Assembly: GCA_016840405.1 (NCBI GenBank)
Contig: JAEOSK010000003.1
Span: 1-64,000 of the forward strand
Length of the DNA: 64,000 nt
Source of the DNA: Candidatus Hermodarchaeum yapensis
Lineage (GTDB): Archaea > Asgardarchaeota > Hermodarchaeia > Hermodarchaeales > Hermodarchaeaceae
Reading direction: 5' to 3'
Below the pieces are notes generated by a model. It had not been told where the DNA came from. It made no database searches and saw nothing but the letters and a program-made list of their open reading frames with translations. Positions 1 through 10,062 of the stretch are shown piece after piece (position 1 is the first letter of the stretch; each line of letters begins with the position of its first letter). Both the position numbers and the translations under genes were made by a program.

Positions 1-303
1 CGGGCGGATGTCGTCTACGCTTGGCCCAGCACGGAAATGGCTGTGATGGGTCCAGAGGGCGCTGCTAACATTATTTTCCGTCGAGAAATTGAGAAAGCCA
101 AGGACCCTGAAGCAGCCAGAGCGAAGCGCATCGCTGAGTACCGAGAACGATTCGCCAATCCCTACTCGGGTGCGGTTCGGGGATTCATTGACGAAGTGAT
201 TGAACCTGCTGTGACTCGTTCACGCATCATTGCTGCCCTTGAAATGCTCCGCACGAAACGGCAATCCCTCCCGCGTAAAAAGCACGGTAACTGTCCACTC
301 TAG
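1..303 (+). CDS. Acyl-CoA carboxyltransferase subunit (methylmalonyl-CoA decarboxylase alpha / propionyl-CoA carboxylase beta / transcarboxylase 12S type), 5'-truncated by the window edge
   Basis: Frame is open from base 1: ADVVYAWPSTEMAVMGPEGA...FIDEVIEP...KKHGNCPL is the canonical C-terminus of this family. Confidence 0.92.
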   Translation, partial: RADVVYAWPSTEMAVMGPEGAANIIFRREIEKAKDPEAARAKRIAEYRERFANPYSGAVRGFIDEVIEPAVTRSRIIAALEMLRTKRQSLPRKKHGNCPL

Positions 304-435
304 AACGCATTGAAACAGACTTCAATTATTCATTCCGAGTTGAACAAACTGCATAACCTTATAATGATGTTCTATGAAAACTCCGTAACTGATTGCCCTA
401 GCTGTTTCTAGTGGTAATCAAGGGAGTAATCAAGG

Positions 436-1011
436 ATGCATTGTTCAAGTTGTGGTGCAAAGCTCACCGAGTCAGATCAATTCTGCTATCGTTGTGGTGC
501 ACCAGTTACACCAACCGATGCTGCAGCTCCTAAACGTGTCCCTGCAGCGACTCAGATTCCGCCTCCAACCACTCCTGTTTACCTTGGTGACATCTTCAGT
601 TATGCAGGATTTTGGAAGCGTTTTGCTGCTTGGCTTCTCGATGGTCTTATCCTCTTTGCTATCGGTTTAGCTGTTAGTTTCGCATTTGATCTTGTGTACT
701 TTCTAACTCCAATCCCATTCCTTTGGTATGTGATTATTTCCGATTTTCTAATAGGAATTTTTGCTAGCCTTCTATACTATTCAATCTTTGAAAGTTCATC
801 ACATCAAGCGACACCCGGAAAAATGGCGTTGGGCATCATCGTCACTGACATTGCTGGTCAACGAATTTCCTTCGGGCGTGCAGTCGCTCGTGACTTATCC
901 AAGATCGTCTCTGTACTAACATTAGGCATTGGATATCTCATCATCGGATTCACCGATGAAAAACGGGGACTTCACGACTATATTGCAGGAACCTTAGTCA
1001 TCAACAAGTAA
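436..1011 (+). CDS. RDD-family membrane protein with N-terminal zinc ribbon
   Basis: CxxC...CxxC N-terminus; YAGFWKRFAAWLLD, TPGKMALGI and LHDYIAGTLV RDD motifs. Confidence 0.88.
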   Translation: MHCSSCGAKLTESDQFCYRCGAPVTPTDAAAPKRVPAATQIPPPTTPVYLGDIFSYAGFWKRFAAWLLDGLILFAIGLAVSFAFDLVYFLTPIPFLWYVIISDFLIGIFASLLYYSIFESSSHQATPGKMALGIIVTDIAGQRISFGRAVARDLSKIVSVLTLGIGYLIIGFTDEKRGLHDYIAGTLVINK

Positions 1012-1209
1012 GGTCACCCACTGGCCTTTCCCTCCTTTCTTTCCTAGGATATCTGCGAAAGCTGGCATTCCCAGTCAAAGGTACAACATTATTCGAAGAG
1101 AGAACGGCTAAAATGGGGTTGCCATAATGGAGAGGCAGAAGACTAAAAACCCCCAGCCTTCAATAGCACCTATCCCAAACGAGAATATGAACTGAGAGGT
1201 GTAATCACG

Positions 1210-2721
1210 GTGCCAAAGACTCCATTTAAGCCGATTCGATTTACTGACACCACATTTCGTGATGCTCATCAATCTCTGCTTGCCACACGCATGCGAACCG
1301 AGGATATGCTTCCTATTGCGGAAAAAATGGATCAAGTGGGCTTTCATTCTATGGAAGTGTGGGGTGGAGCCACCTTTGATGCTCCGCTGCGATTTCTGAA
1401 AGAAAACCCTTGGGAGCGTCTTCGACAACTCCAAGCTGTTATCAAGAAAACGAAGCTTCAGATGTTACTCCGAGGGCAAAACATCGTGGGGTACCGCCAT
1501 TATCCTGATGATACTGTTCGGAAATTCGTCGAGCTTGCGGCGAAAAATGGGATTGATATCTTTCGAGTTTTTGATGCACTAAATGATCCACGGAATATGA
1601 AAACGGCACTGAAGGCTGTTCATAAAGCGGGGGCACACGCTCAACTAAGTTTCAGCTACACGATTAGTCCAGTTCATAATGTCGAAACTTTCGTGGAACA
1701 AGCCAAGAATCTTGAAGCCATGGGAGCAGATTCAATTTGCATTAAAGACATGGCCGGACTCCTCAGCCCCTTCATTGCCCGTGAACTAGTTACTCGCCTG
1801 AAAGAAGAAATCAGTGTTCCAATCCAACTCCATTCTCATTACACCTCGGGAATGGCAAGTATGTCTTACTTGGAAGCCATTCAATCAGGCGTAGATGTCG
1901 TGGATACCGCGATATCCTCCCTTGCCCAGTCAACTTCACAGCCTCCTTGTGAAAGTCTGGTAGCAGTACTCGAGGGAACCCCATGGGATTCCAAACTTGA
2001 CTTAGTACTTCTATCAGAAATTGCCACATACATTCAGAATGTCCGTGAGCGATATGAGGCTTATGAGTGTGGACTCGTCGGTGTTGACACAAACGTCTTA
2101 CAATTCCAAGTTCCCGGAGGCATGATGTCCAACCTTGTTAATCAGCTTCGTGAACAAAACGCTCTAGACCGCTTACAAGATGTACTCGATGAAGTACCTC
2201 GTGTCCGTAAAGAACTGGGCTATCCACCATTGGTGACACCCTCCAGTCAGATAGTCGGGACTCAAGCTACCCTCAATGTTCTCCTTGGAAAACGGTACAA
2301 GACCATTCCAGAGGAAGTGAAACAATACGTCCGCGGATATTATGGACGGCCTCCTGCTCCAATTGACCCGAAGATTCAGAAGATAGTAATCGGTGACGAA
2401 GAACCCATTACGTGTCGTCCAGCAGACCTACTTGAATCTGCCATTCCCACAGCGCGGAAAGAGTTGAAAGGAATTACTTCAGAAATGGAAGACATCATCG
2501 CTTACATTTTGTTTCCTCAGCCAGCCCTTGAGTTTTTTGAGCACCGACAACAACAGGAAGCATTAGGACAATTAACACCCGACCTACTTGCAGTGATAAC
2601 GGCAACCCTTCTCGAAGCCCAACCCGAGCCAGTAAAAATGCCCACAATACGTCGCCCCAATGCAAATGCTTCAAATCCATGGGTCCTTGCCGGACGCCGT
2701 GAAGCCATGGGATATGATTGA
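1210..2721 (+). CDS. Pyruvate/oxaloacetate carboxyltransferase (OadA/PycB/transcarboxylase 5S-like), without a fused biotinyl domain
   Basis: DTTFRDAHQSL, EVWGGATFD, IKDMAG, HSH, QVPGGM and PLVTPSSQIVG motifs; GTG start after GAGGTG SD. Confidence 0.93.
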   Translation: MPKTPFKPIRFTDTTFRDAHQSLLATRMRTEDMLPIAEKMDQVGFHSMEVWGGATFDAPLRFLKENPWERLRQLQAVIKKTKLQMLLRGQNIVGYRHYPDDTVRKFVELAAKNGIDIFRVFDALNDPRNMKTALKAVHKAGAHAQLSFSYTISPVHNVETFVEQAKNLEAMGADSICIKDMAGLLSPFIARELVTRLKEEISVPIQLHSHYTSGMASMSYLEAIQSGVDVVDTAISSLAQSTSQPPCESLVAVLEGTPWDSKLDLVLLSEIATYIQNVRERYEAYECGLVGVDTNVLQFQVPGGMMSNLVNQLREQNALDRLQDVLDEVPRVRKELGYPPLVTPSSQIVGTQATLNVLLGKRYKTIPEEVKQYVRGYYGRPPAPIDPKIQKIVIGDEEPITCRPADLLESAIPTARKELKGITSEMEDIIAYILFPQPALEFFEHRQQQEALGQLTPDLLAVITATLLEAQPEPVKMPTIRRPNANASNPWVLAGRREAMGYD

Positions 2722-2744
2722 GATACACTCTGGGAGGAGAACAC

Positions 2745-3314
2745 GTGCCACGAAAATACGAACTAACAATAAACAACACGACCATTACCGTAGAAGTCGA
2801 TGGTCCCAACAAAGGCATCTTCAATGTGACTGTCGGCGAAGCCACATTTCCCGTAACAGTGACTGATGGAGATCGCAGCACTGGCACCTTCAAAGTTTCC
2901 GTAGGTGACACAACACACACAGTACATGTCACACCAAATCCAGACACATCCGATTTCACCCTCAAAATTAAACAACAGAAATACGCTGCTGAACTCAAAT
3001 CCCTAACCCGACCATCAGCTTTTAGTTTTCAAGCATTCCCTTCCAAACCCATTACCACCACTCCGCAGAAGCCCACTACCGTTGTGCCTGAAGCAGCTGA
3101 ACCAGGCACTGTGACAGCACCTCTACCAGGACGAGTACTCGATGTCCGAGTGAAAGAAAACCAGAAGGTTAAGACTGGTGAGGTTCTTCTTGTTCTTGAA
3201 GCCATGAAGATGGCAAATGAAATTCGTGCACCACAAGGAGGGATGGTTCGTACACTGCATGTTCAAGCAGGAGACACAGTCGAGAAGGGTCAGCCAATGG
3301 TTAGTCTTCAATAG
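2745..3314 (+). CDS. Biotin carboxyl carrier protein
   Basis: EAMKM biotinylation motif and Pro/Thr linker; GTG at 2745 follows GGAGGA SD (ORF track starts at 2718). Confidence 0.92.
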   Translation: MPRKYELTINNTTITVEVDGPNKGIFNVTVGEATFPVTVTDGDRSTGTFKVSVGDTTHTVHVTPNPDTSDFTLKIKQQKYAAELKSLTRPSAFSFQAFPSKPITTTPQKPTTVVPEAAEPGTVTAPLPGRVLDVRVKENQKVKTGEVLLVLEAMKMANEIRAPQGGMVRTLHVQAGDTVEKGQPMVSLQ

Positions 3315-3413
3315 ACTGATTGCGAATTGTGCAAATACAACCAAGAAGCCACGAAATGTGGAGAAGACTTTTTTATCAAAATCGAATCATCTTCTTTTGG
3401 GGTTATGATCGAC

Positions 3414-3548
3414 ATGGCCTGTCCAATGTATGATTCTACGAATAATATGTGCCAACAATTGCAAAGGAATTTCCCGGAAGGTGCTCAAACTCCCTGTGAG
3501 TTTGTCAACGACCCTTCCAAATGTCCAATTTGCATGATGTCCTCCTAA
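3414..3548 (+). CDS. Small Cys-rich hypothetical protein (44 aa)
   Basis: MACPMYDSTNNMCQQ...CEF...KCPICMMSS has 5 Cys; TTTTTAT TATA-like element at about 3370. Confidence 0.5.
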   Translation: MACPMYDSTNNMCQQLQRNFPEGAQTPCEFVNDPSKCPICMMSS

Positions 3549-3730
3549 ACATCTCATGTGAAATTTCTTCTTTTCAACGAATAGGCAACGCCATTCTAGT
3601 TCATAGTAGATGTATGAGAACCAACTTTGTATACTGCCAAAACCATTAAAACAACCATAGACGTATCTGAACCAGACCCTCTCAAGCATTAACAAGCTCA
3701 AAACTGCTCCAACCTGAGCTAGCCTTTAGG

Positions 3731-5419
3731 ATGGCGCATTCTATGGTCACGAAAGAAAAATCAGACGTTTCCCAGCAAAAGCGCGAGTGGGAAAAAAACA
3801 CGCTAAAGAAGACCTTAGAAAAATCACCTGAAAGAAGAGAGCGATTCATAACTACCTCCAGTCGCCCTATCGCCCGGCTCTACAGCCCAACTGATATGGC
3901 GAACCTCGATTATGATCGGGATCTCGGATTTCCAGGAGAATACCCTTACACGCGTGGTGTTTACCCCACCATGTATCGTGGTCGTTTCTGGACAATGCGA
4001 ATGTTCGCAGGATTTGGCACTGCCGAACAAACCAACGCACGATATAGGTATTTACTTGAGCAAGGGCAAACTGGGCTTAGTGTTGCTTTCCATTTACCAA
4101 CCATCCAAGGTCTAGATTCGGATGATCCTATGTCAACCGGAGAAATTGGCGTGTGTGGCGTAGCAATCGATTCACTAGCTGATATGGAAATTTTGTTTTC
4201 TCAGATTCCACTCAATAAAGTCACAACCTCGATGACCATCAATGCACCAGCTGCTGTCCTCCTTTGTTTCTATATTGCAGCTGCAGAAAAACAAGGTGTA
4301 TCATCGACACAGATAGGTGGAACTATCCAAAACGACATACTGAAAGAATACCAGGCTCAAAAAACCTGGATCTTCCCACCAGACCCATCCATGCGCATCA
4401 TTACGAACACCCTTGAGTATTGCACAAAAAACGTACCACGATGGAACACCATAAGCATTAGTGGGTATCATATTCGTGAAGCAGGCAGTACAGCTGTGCA
4501 AGAACTTGCTTTTACCCTCGCTAATGGCCTCGCCTATGTGAAGGCGGGGGTTGATGCTGGATTAAAAGTTGACGATTTTGCCCCCCGACTGTCCTTCTTT
4601 TTTGACAGCCATCTTGATTTGTTTGAAGAAGTAGCCAAGTTCCGAGCTGCTCGTCGCATTTGGGCTCGTGAAATGCATGAACGATTTAACGCAAAAAGCC
4701 CACGCTCCTATTTACTTCGATTCCATACCCAAACTGCCGGTGTCAGTTTGACCGCCCAGCAACCAGAAAATAATATTATCAGAACAACCATTCAGGCGCT
4801 GGCAGCCGTGTTGGGTGGAACCCAATCCCTTCACACAAATTCAATGGATGAGGCCTGGGCACTACCTACAGAAAAAGCAGCTACCATCGCTCTTCGCACT
4901 CAACAAATCCTTGCTCATGAGAGTGGTGTAGCAAACACGATTGATCCATTAGGGGGCTCTTACTTTATCGAGTCGCTCACCAACGAAATGGAAGAAGAAA
5001 CGTACAAATATTTCGACCGCATTGATAAATTGGGGGGCGTAGTTGAGGCAATTAAGAAGGGCTTCTTCCAACGGGAAATCGCGGATGCAGCATTTCGGTA
5101 TCAACGCGAAATCGAAGAGAAAGAACGAACTATTGTCGGAGTAAACGACTACATCACAGATGATATGTTAGAAATTCCAGTTCTAAAAATCGATCCCGAA
5201 GTAGAGCGAACTCAACTCGCACGGTTACGCAAAACCCGAAAAACACGCAATAATAAGAAAGTCGATCAATTACTAAGCCGATTACAGAAAGCCGCTGAAG
5301 GAACAGAGAATATGCTTCCACATATTTTAGCAGCGGTTAGAGAGTATGCAACCGTTGGTGAGGTGTGCAACGCATTACGTGAGGTATTTGGCGAATATCA
5401 GGAACCCATAATATTCTGA
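3731..5419 (+). CDS. Methylmalonyl-CoA mutase, large (substrate-binding) subunit
   Basis: [43 protein letters not shown] and [10 protein letters not shown] motifs. Confidence 0.95.
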   Translation: MAHSMVTKEKSDVSQQKREWEKNTLKKTLEKSPERRERFITTSSRPIARLYSPTDMANLDYDRDLGFPGEYPYTRGVYPTMYRGRFWTMRMFAGFGTAEQTNARYRYLLEQGQTGLSVAFHLPTIQGLDSDDPMSTGEIGVCGVAIDSLADMEILFSQIPLNKVTTSMTINAPAAVLLCFYIAAAEKQGVSSTQIGGTIQNDILKEYQAQKTWIFPPDPSMRIITNTLEYCTKNVPRWNTISISGYHIREAGSTAVQELAFTLANGLAYVKAGVDAGLKVDDFAPRLSFFFDSHLDLFEEVAKFRAARRIWAREMHERFNAKSPRSYLLRFHTQTAGVSLTAQQPENNIIRTTIQALAAVLGGTQSLHTNSMDEAWALPTEKAATIALRTQQILAHESGVANTIDPLGGSYFIESLTNEMEEETYKYFDRIDKLGGVVEAIKKGFFQREIADAAFRYQREIEEKERTIVGVNDYITDDMLEIPVLKIDPEVERTQLARLRKTRKTRNNKKVDQLLSRLQKAAEGTENMLPHILAAVREYATVGEVCNALREVFGEYQEPIIF

Positions 5420-5444
5420 CACAAAAAACGATGAGTTGAACTGT

Positions 5445-5846
5445 ATGACAGAAGCAGAACAAAAAATTCGGGTGTTGATTGCTAAACCCGGTCTTGATGG
5501 ACATGATCGCGGGGCAAAGGTAGTTGCTCGTGCCCTAAGGGATGCTGGTTTCGAAGTTATTTACACTGGATTACGTCAAACACCTGAACAAATTGCAGAA
5601 GCAGCACTACAAGAGGATGTTACCGTTGTCGGTTTGAGTATCCTCTCTGGGGCCCATATGCGTCTCTTTCCAGAGATAATGAAGTTGTTGAAAGAAAGAG
5701 GTATGGATGACACCCTTGTGATAGCAGGTGGCATCATTCCCGAGGATGACATTAAACCATTGAAGAAGCTTGGAATTAAGGCAATTTTTGGTCCTGGAAC
5801 CCCAACCACCGAAATTGTCGAATACATTCGGACAAACGCCAAATGA
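5445..5846 (+). CDS. Methylmalonyl-CoA mutase, cobalamin-binding small subunit
   Basis: [10 protein letters not shown] (DxHxxG) motif, GGIIP, FGPGT. Confidence 0.95.
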   Translation: MTEAEQKIRVLIAKPGLDGHDRGAKVVARALRDAGFEVIYTGLRQTPEQIAEAALQEDVTVVGLSILSGAHMRLFPEIMKLLKERGMDDTLVIAGGIIPEDDIKPLKKLGIKAIFGPGTPTTEIVEYIRTNAK

Positions 5847-5901
5847 ATAAACGGAGGACACTGTTGCACACTTTAGGAGTACCGTGGGTGAGGCTGTTTT
5901 C

Positions 5902-6867
5902 ATGACCCAGGATACACGTAAACTGATTAAACAGCTCTTGAAGGGTAATCGTCGTGCAGCAGCTCGCCTAATGACCCTTGCTGAATCTATGTCCCCCGAA
6001 GCCCACGCCGCAATCAAACAATTGTATCCGCATACAGGAAAAGCGCATATTATCGGCGTGACCGGACCTCCAGGCTCCGGAAAAAGCACTCTCGTGGATA
6101 AACTCATCGAAGAATTTCGCGCTCAAGGTCGCACGGTCGGGGTCGTAGCCGTTGATCCCAGCAGTCCTTTCACTGGTGGTGCCCTACTCGGAGACCGAAT
6201 CCGAATGAACCGATTCGCTTCGGACCACGACGTCTTTATTCGCAGCATGGGTTCTCGAGGAAGCTTAGGGGGACTTGCCTGGGCAACCCACGATGTCGTT
6301 CATATACTCGACGCTCTTGGAAAGGACATTATCATTGTCGAAACTGTAGGAGCAGGTCAGGCCGAGGTAGATATTATTCAAATTGCTGAAACAGTCGTCC
6401 TCTTATCTGTCCCCGGGCTAGGCGATGACATCCAGACTATCAAAGCAGGAATCATGGAGATTGGCAATGTTTTTGTCATCAATAAAGCCGATTTGGATGG
6501 CGCGGATCGTCGATATGCTGAACTTCAAATGGCTTTAGAGCTAGATAGGAAACCCGATGGATGGCAACCACCCATTCTCAAAGCCATAGCTACGACCGGT
6601 GAAGGGGTAAGTGAGGTGGTAAAGGCGATTCAGAGTCACCATGACTACCTCATCGAGAGTGGGGAAATCGCCCAAAACCGTGAGCGCCGGTATTGTGCAC
6701 AGCTGGAAACCATAGTGGAACACAGCTTCATACGAAAACTATTCGTAGAGCCTGAAGAACAAGCCCTCTTTCAACAACTTGTCCAAGAAGTGAATGAACG
6801 AAAAACGGACCCGTACACTGCAGCTGAACGGCTGATTTTGCATCTAATCAAACAAAAGGGAAACTAA
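5902..6867 (+). CDS. meaB: Methylmalonyl-CoA mutase-associated GTPase MeaB/ArgK
   Basis: GPPGSGKST, VDPSSPFTGGALLGDRIRM, ETVGAGQ and NKAD motifs; adjacent to the mutase. Confidence 0.93.
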   Translation: MTQDTRKLIKQLLKGNRRAAARLMTLAESMSPEAHAAIKQLYPHTGKAHIIGVTGPPGSGKSTLVDKLIEEFRAQGRTVGVVAVDPSSPFTGGALLGDRIRMNRFASDHDVFIRSMGSRGSLGGLAWATHDVVHILDALGKDIIIVETVGAGQAEVDIIQIAETVVLLSVPGLGDDIQTIKAGIMEIGNVFVINKADLDGADRRYAELQMALELDRKPDGWQPPILKAIATTGEGVSEVVKAIQSHHDYLIESGEIAQNRERRYCAQLETIVEHSFIRKLFVEPEEQALFQQLVQEVNERKTDPYTAAERLILHLIKQKGN

Positions 6868-6875
6868 AAAGCAAA

Positions 6876-7772
6876 CTAAGGTCGTTTTCCGCGAGGTCCG
6901 GATTTTCCATCTAAAGGAGTTCCCAAACCAACAGTAGGCGCTCCACCACGCATGTGGTAAGGAACTTTCAGATATGTTGTGAGTTCGTCTGGTGCAGTGG
7001 TTTTTAGGATTTGTACGAACTTGGATGGCTGTTTCAGTCCTGGTACATCTCCGTATCCCCAGCGTAGCACTTGATCAACTGATCGTTCAAACGCTGTATG
7101 CACTTCGGGATTGGTCCCTCTCCACCCCATTAAAAGCACGAGTGTGTGACCAAATTTTCGCATTTGATTGATTAGACGGCGGAGATAGTTCAGTGCGCGA
7201 TTAGGGGTCACTTCGTCGATGAAGTCGTCTATGTAAGCCATATACATACGAATGCGACCCTTTCCATGGATAGAGGATGAAATATTACTGATCGCCGCGG
7301 GTAATCCATCGACCGATTGGATTTCGTCTGGTTTTCGAGGTGAAATCAGAATATCTGGATTTCCGCCCATTTGCGAAATTCGAACTGGGTAAGATACTTT
7401 CACCAAATCCCGTTCGTGATCGCCAAATCCGCGATACGTGAACATATCAATCCAGGAAAAATGCTTTGTTTTACTAGTGGCAAGGAAGGTTTCAAACGAC
7501 TTAGGGAGTTTTCGCTCACACCACGAAGCGATAGCAACAGGATCAGCATAGGTGGTTACGAGAAGAATTGTTTCCTGATCTTGAACATCATTGGTGAGCC
7601 ATTCAATCATGAGATTAGTTGGATCCGTGAAGGTTTGGTTCTGGACATACATAATCGTAGCAGTCCCAGACATAATGCCAAAATACTGATCAAAGCTCTT
7701 ATTTCCAGTAAAAAGGCGCTGTCGCTTCTCAATGCCTTCTAAAACGATGCTTGAATCAGTTCTTTCACTCAC
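6876..7772 (-). CDS. KaiC/RAD55-like RecA-fold protein, apparently catalytically degenerate
   Basis: N-terminal 'LFTGNKSFDQYFG', 'WIDMF' and 'FERSVDQVL...VQILK' resemble KaiC-like ATPases, but there is no Walker A GxxGxGKT. Confidence 0.5.
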   Translation of the reverse strand: MSERTDSSIVLEGIEKRQRLFTGNKSFDQYFGIMSGTATIMYVQNQTFTDPTNLMIEWLTNDVQDQETILLVTTYADPVAIASWCERKLPKSFETFLATSKTKHFSWIDMFTYRGFGDHERDLVKVSYPVRISQMGGNPDILISPRKPDEIQSVDGLPAAISNISSSIHGKGRIRMYMAYIDDFIDEVTPNRALNYLRRLINQMRKFGHTLVLLMGWRGTNPEVHTAFERSVDQVLRWGYGDVPGLKQPSKFVQILKTTAPDELTTYLKVPYHMRGGAPTVGLGTPLDGKSGPRGKRP

Positions 7773-7979
7773 GGAATGGTGCCTCCCACCAACGCCGTCA
7801 ATTAATGACTAGCAGCAAAAACCATTTAATGAGTTTCCCTCCACCTCGTCGTTCTGCGATTTCCATTACGATTTCTGCGATTTCACTCATGTTGTCGCAG
7901 AGAAGACTTTTAAGCGGAGTAGTTTCGTGTAAGCGCCATCCAATTACCTGAATACCCTCAATGTCGGGGGACAAGTTGT

Positions 7980-8777
7980 ATGAAAATCATCGTCCCTATT
8001 AAACAAGTGCCCGAAATCGCGGAGGTCAAAATCGACCCGGAAACGAAAACCCTGGTTCGTGCTGGGATTCCTTCAATTCTCAATCCCTTTGATGAATTCG
8101 CTGTTGAAGAAGCCGTTCGTATCAAAGAAAAGTTCGGTGAAGGAGAAGTTATCATTATTACCATGGGCCCACCCCAAGCCGAAGACGCACTGAAAAAATG
8201 TCTAGCCATGGGAGGAGACCGCGCAATTCACCTCTCAGACCGAGCATTTGCGGGTGCAGATACCTGGGCAACCGCATACACTATCGCACAAGCCATCAAA
8301 ACAGAAGAGCCCTATGATCTCATCATCTGCGGGAAACAAGCCATTGATGGAGACACCGCCCAAGTGGGACCCGAAATCGCAGAAATTCTCGGCATCCCAC
8401 AAATCACCTACGCCCTGGAAGTTGAAGTGGCAGAGAACAAGAAACGCATCAAAGTACGCCGCGAAACTGATGAGGGATTTGAGGTCGTCGATTGCCGACT
8501 ACCTGCCCTGCTAACAGCGACCAAAGGTCTCAATGAACCCCGGTTACCAAGCCTGATGGCCATTATGAAAGCCGGGAAAAAGGAAATCAAACTCGTCACC
8601 GCCGAAACCTTAGGTGGTGACCCTGAACAATTCGGGCTTCCTGGTTCACCCACACAAGTCGTGGAAGTGTTCACTCCAGAACAGCGATCCGCTGGTATCA
8701 AAATCGATGGCACCGAAGACCCAGAAGGTGCTGCAAAACAACTGGTTGAGTGGCTGCTGAAAAAAGGAGTGATCTAA
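7980..8777 (+). CDS. etfB: Electron transfer flavoprotein beta subunit
   Basis: KQVP, NPFDEFAVEEA, GADTWAT, GKQAIDGDTAQVGP and NEPRLPS motifs. Confidence 0.95.
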   Translation: MKIIVPIKQVPEIAEVKIDPETKTLVRAGIPSILNPFDEFAVEEAVRIKEKFGEGEVIIITMGPPQAEDALKKCLAMGGDRAIHLSDRAFAGADTWATAYTIAQAIKTEEPYDLIICGKQAIDGDTAQVGPEIAEILGIPQITYALEVEVAENKKRIKVRRETDEGFEVVDCRLPALLTATKGLNEPRLPSLMAIMKAGKKEIKLVTAETLGGDPEQFGLPGSPTQVVEVFTPEQRSAGIKIDGTEDPEGAAKQLVEWLLKKGVI

Positions 8778-8791
8778 TCGCGAGGTGACAT

Positions 8792-9985
8792 ATGATGCTT
8801 AAGATTAACAAAGATGAATGTACTGGTTGCGGTCTCTGCGTGAAAGTCTGCCCCTTTGACGCGATGCACCTTGTTGGCGAGAAGGCCCAAGACGACGAAA
8901 AATGTACCCTCTGCGGAGCCTGCGTGAAAGTCTGCCCTGTTGATGCAATCACCATTGAACGCAAACGGGTAGATCCCTCCAAGTTCAAAGACTTCAAAGG
9001 TGTGTGGGTCTGGGCTGAACAAATCGACGGGCAACTCCGCAACGTCGGTCTCGAATTACTCGGAAAGGGTCGAGAACTCGCAGACAAACTCGGTGAACCC
9101 CTTTGTGCCGTTCTACTCGGTCATAACGTGGACGAAATGCCGAACATTTTGGCCCAAAACGGTGCGGATATCGTCTACGTCAGTGATCAGGAGATTCTTG
9201 CCCATTACACCACCGATGCCTACACAGACGTGATTTCTGCCCTCATTCTCACTGAAAAACCGAACATCGTTCTGTTTGGTGCAACATCTAATGGACGAGA
9301 TTTAGGACCACGAATTGCAGCACGCCTGCAATTAGGACTTACCGCCGATTGCACCGGCCTCGACATTGACGACAAGCGTCAACTGATCCAAACCCGCCCT
9401 GCATTTGGTGGGAATATCATGGCCTCCATCCTCAGCCCCTATACCCGCCCCCAAATGGCAACCGTTCGCCCCAACGTCTTCAAACCCCCCACCGATGCTG
9501 CCAAGAAAGCGGACATCCGTGAAGTAGATATCAAAGTAAACAAAGCTGCCGTCCGCACCAAAATCGTCGACACCATCATCGAAATGGAAGAAGGAGCTCT
9601 CAAAGTCGATGAAGCCGAAATGGTCGTCACCTGTGGTCGCGGCATCAAAACCCCTGAAAACATCGAAGTCGTCGGCGAACTCGCCACCGAACTCAACGCC
9701 GCTCTCGGCGGCTCCCGACCCATCGTCGACCAAGGCTGGATGAAACACCACCAACAAGTCGGCCAATCCGGACGCACAATCGCTCCCCAACTCTACATCG
9801 CCTGCGGCGTCAGCGGCGCCATCCAACACCTCGTCGGCATGCGCACCAGCGACGTCATCATCGCCATCAACAACGACCCCGATGCCCCCATCTTCACCGT
9901 CGCCGATTTTTCAATTGTAGGAGATCTTTTCAAGGTCGTCCCAGCAATTGTGAAGGAACTGCGCCGTGTGAAAGCTCAAAAATAG
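8792..9985 (+). CDS. etfA: Electron transfer flavoprotein alpha subunit with N-terminal 2x[4Fe-4S] ferredoxin domain
   Basis: Two CxxCxxCxxxCP motifs; GLTADCT, RPAFGGN, QVGQSG and SGAIQHLVGM. Confidence 0.95.
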   Translation: MMLKINKDECTGCGLCVKVCPFDAMHLVGEKAQDDEKCTLCGACVKVCPVDAITIERKRVDPSKFKDFKGVWVWAEQIDGQLRNVGLELLGKGRELADKLGEPLCAVLLGHNVDEMPNILAQNGADIVYVSDQEILAHYTTDAYTDVISALILTEKPNIVLFGATSNGRDLGPRIAARLQLGLTADCTGLDIDDKRQLIQTRPAFGGNIMASILSPYTRPQMATVRPNVFKPPTDAAKKADIREVDIKVNKAAVRTKIVDTIIEMEEGALKVDEAEMVVTCGRGIKTPENIEVVGELATELNAALGGSRPIVDQGWMKHHQQVGQSGRTIAPQLYIACGVSGAIQHLVGMRTSDVIIAINNDPDAPIFTVADFSIVGDLFKVVPAIVKELRRVKAQK

Positions 9986-10062
9986 TTGCTATTTGGATTT
10001 TACAAAAGTTCTGGCGATCCAAGTTGCAAATGCTTGGCGTTTTCTTTCATGGTTAGGTGGTG

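Noticed and set aside
1051-1063. ATCTGCGAAAGCT shared with 29094-29106 upstream of aor
   Set aside because: A single 13-mer match, partly BRE-like; could be chance
8815-8945. Near-identical TGCGTGAAAGTCTGCCC repeat inside etfA
   Set aside because: It simply encodes the two CVKVCP ferredoxin motifs
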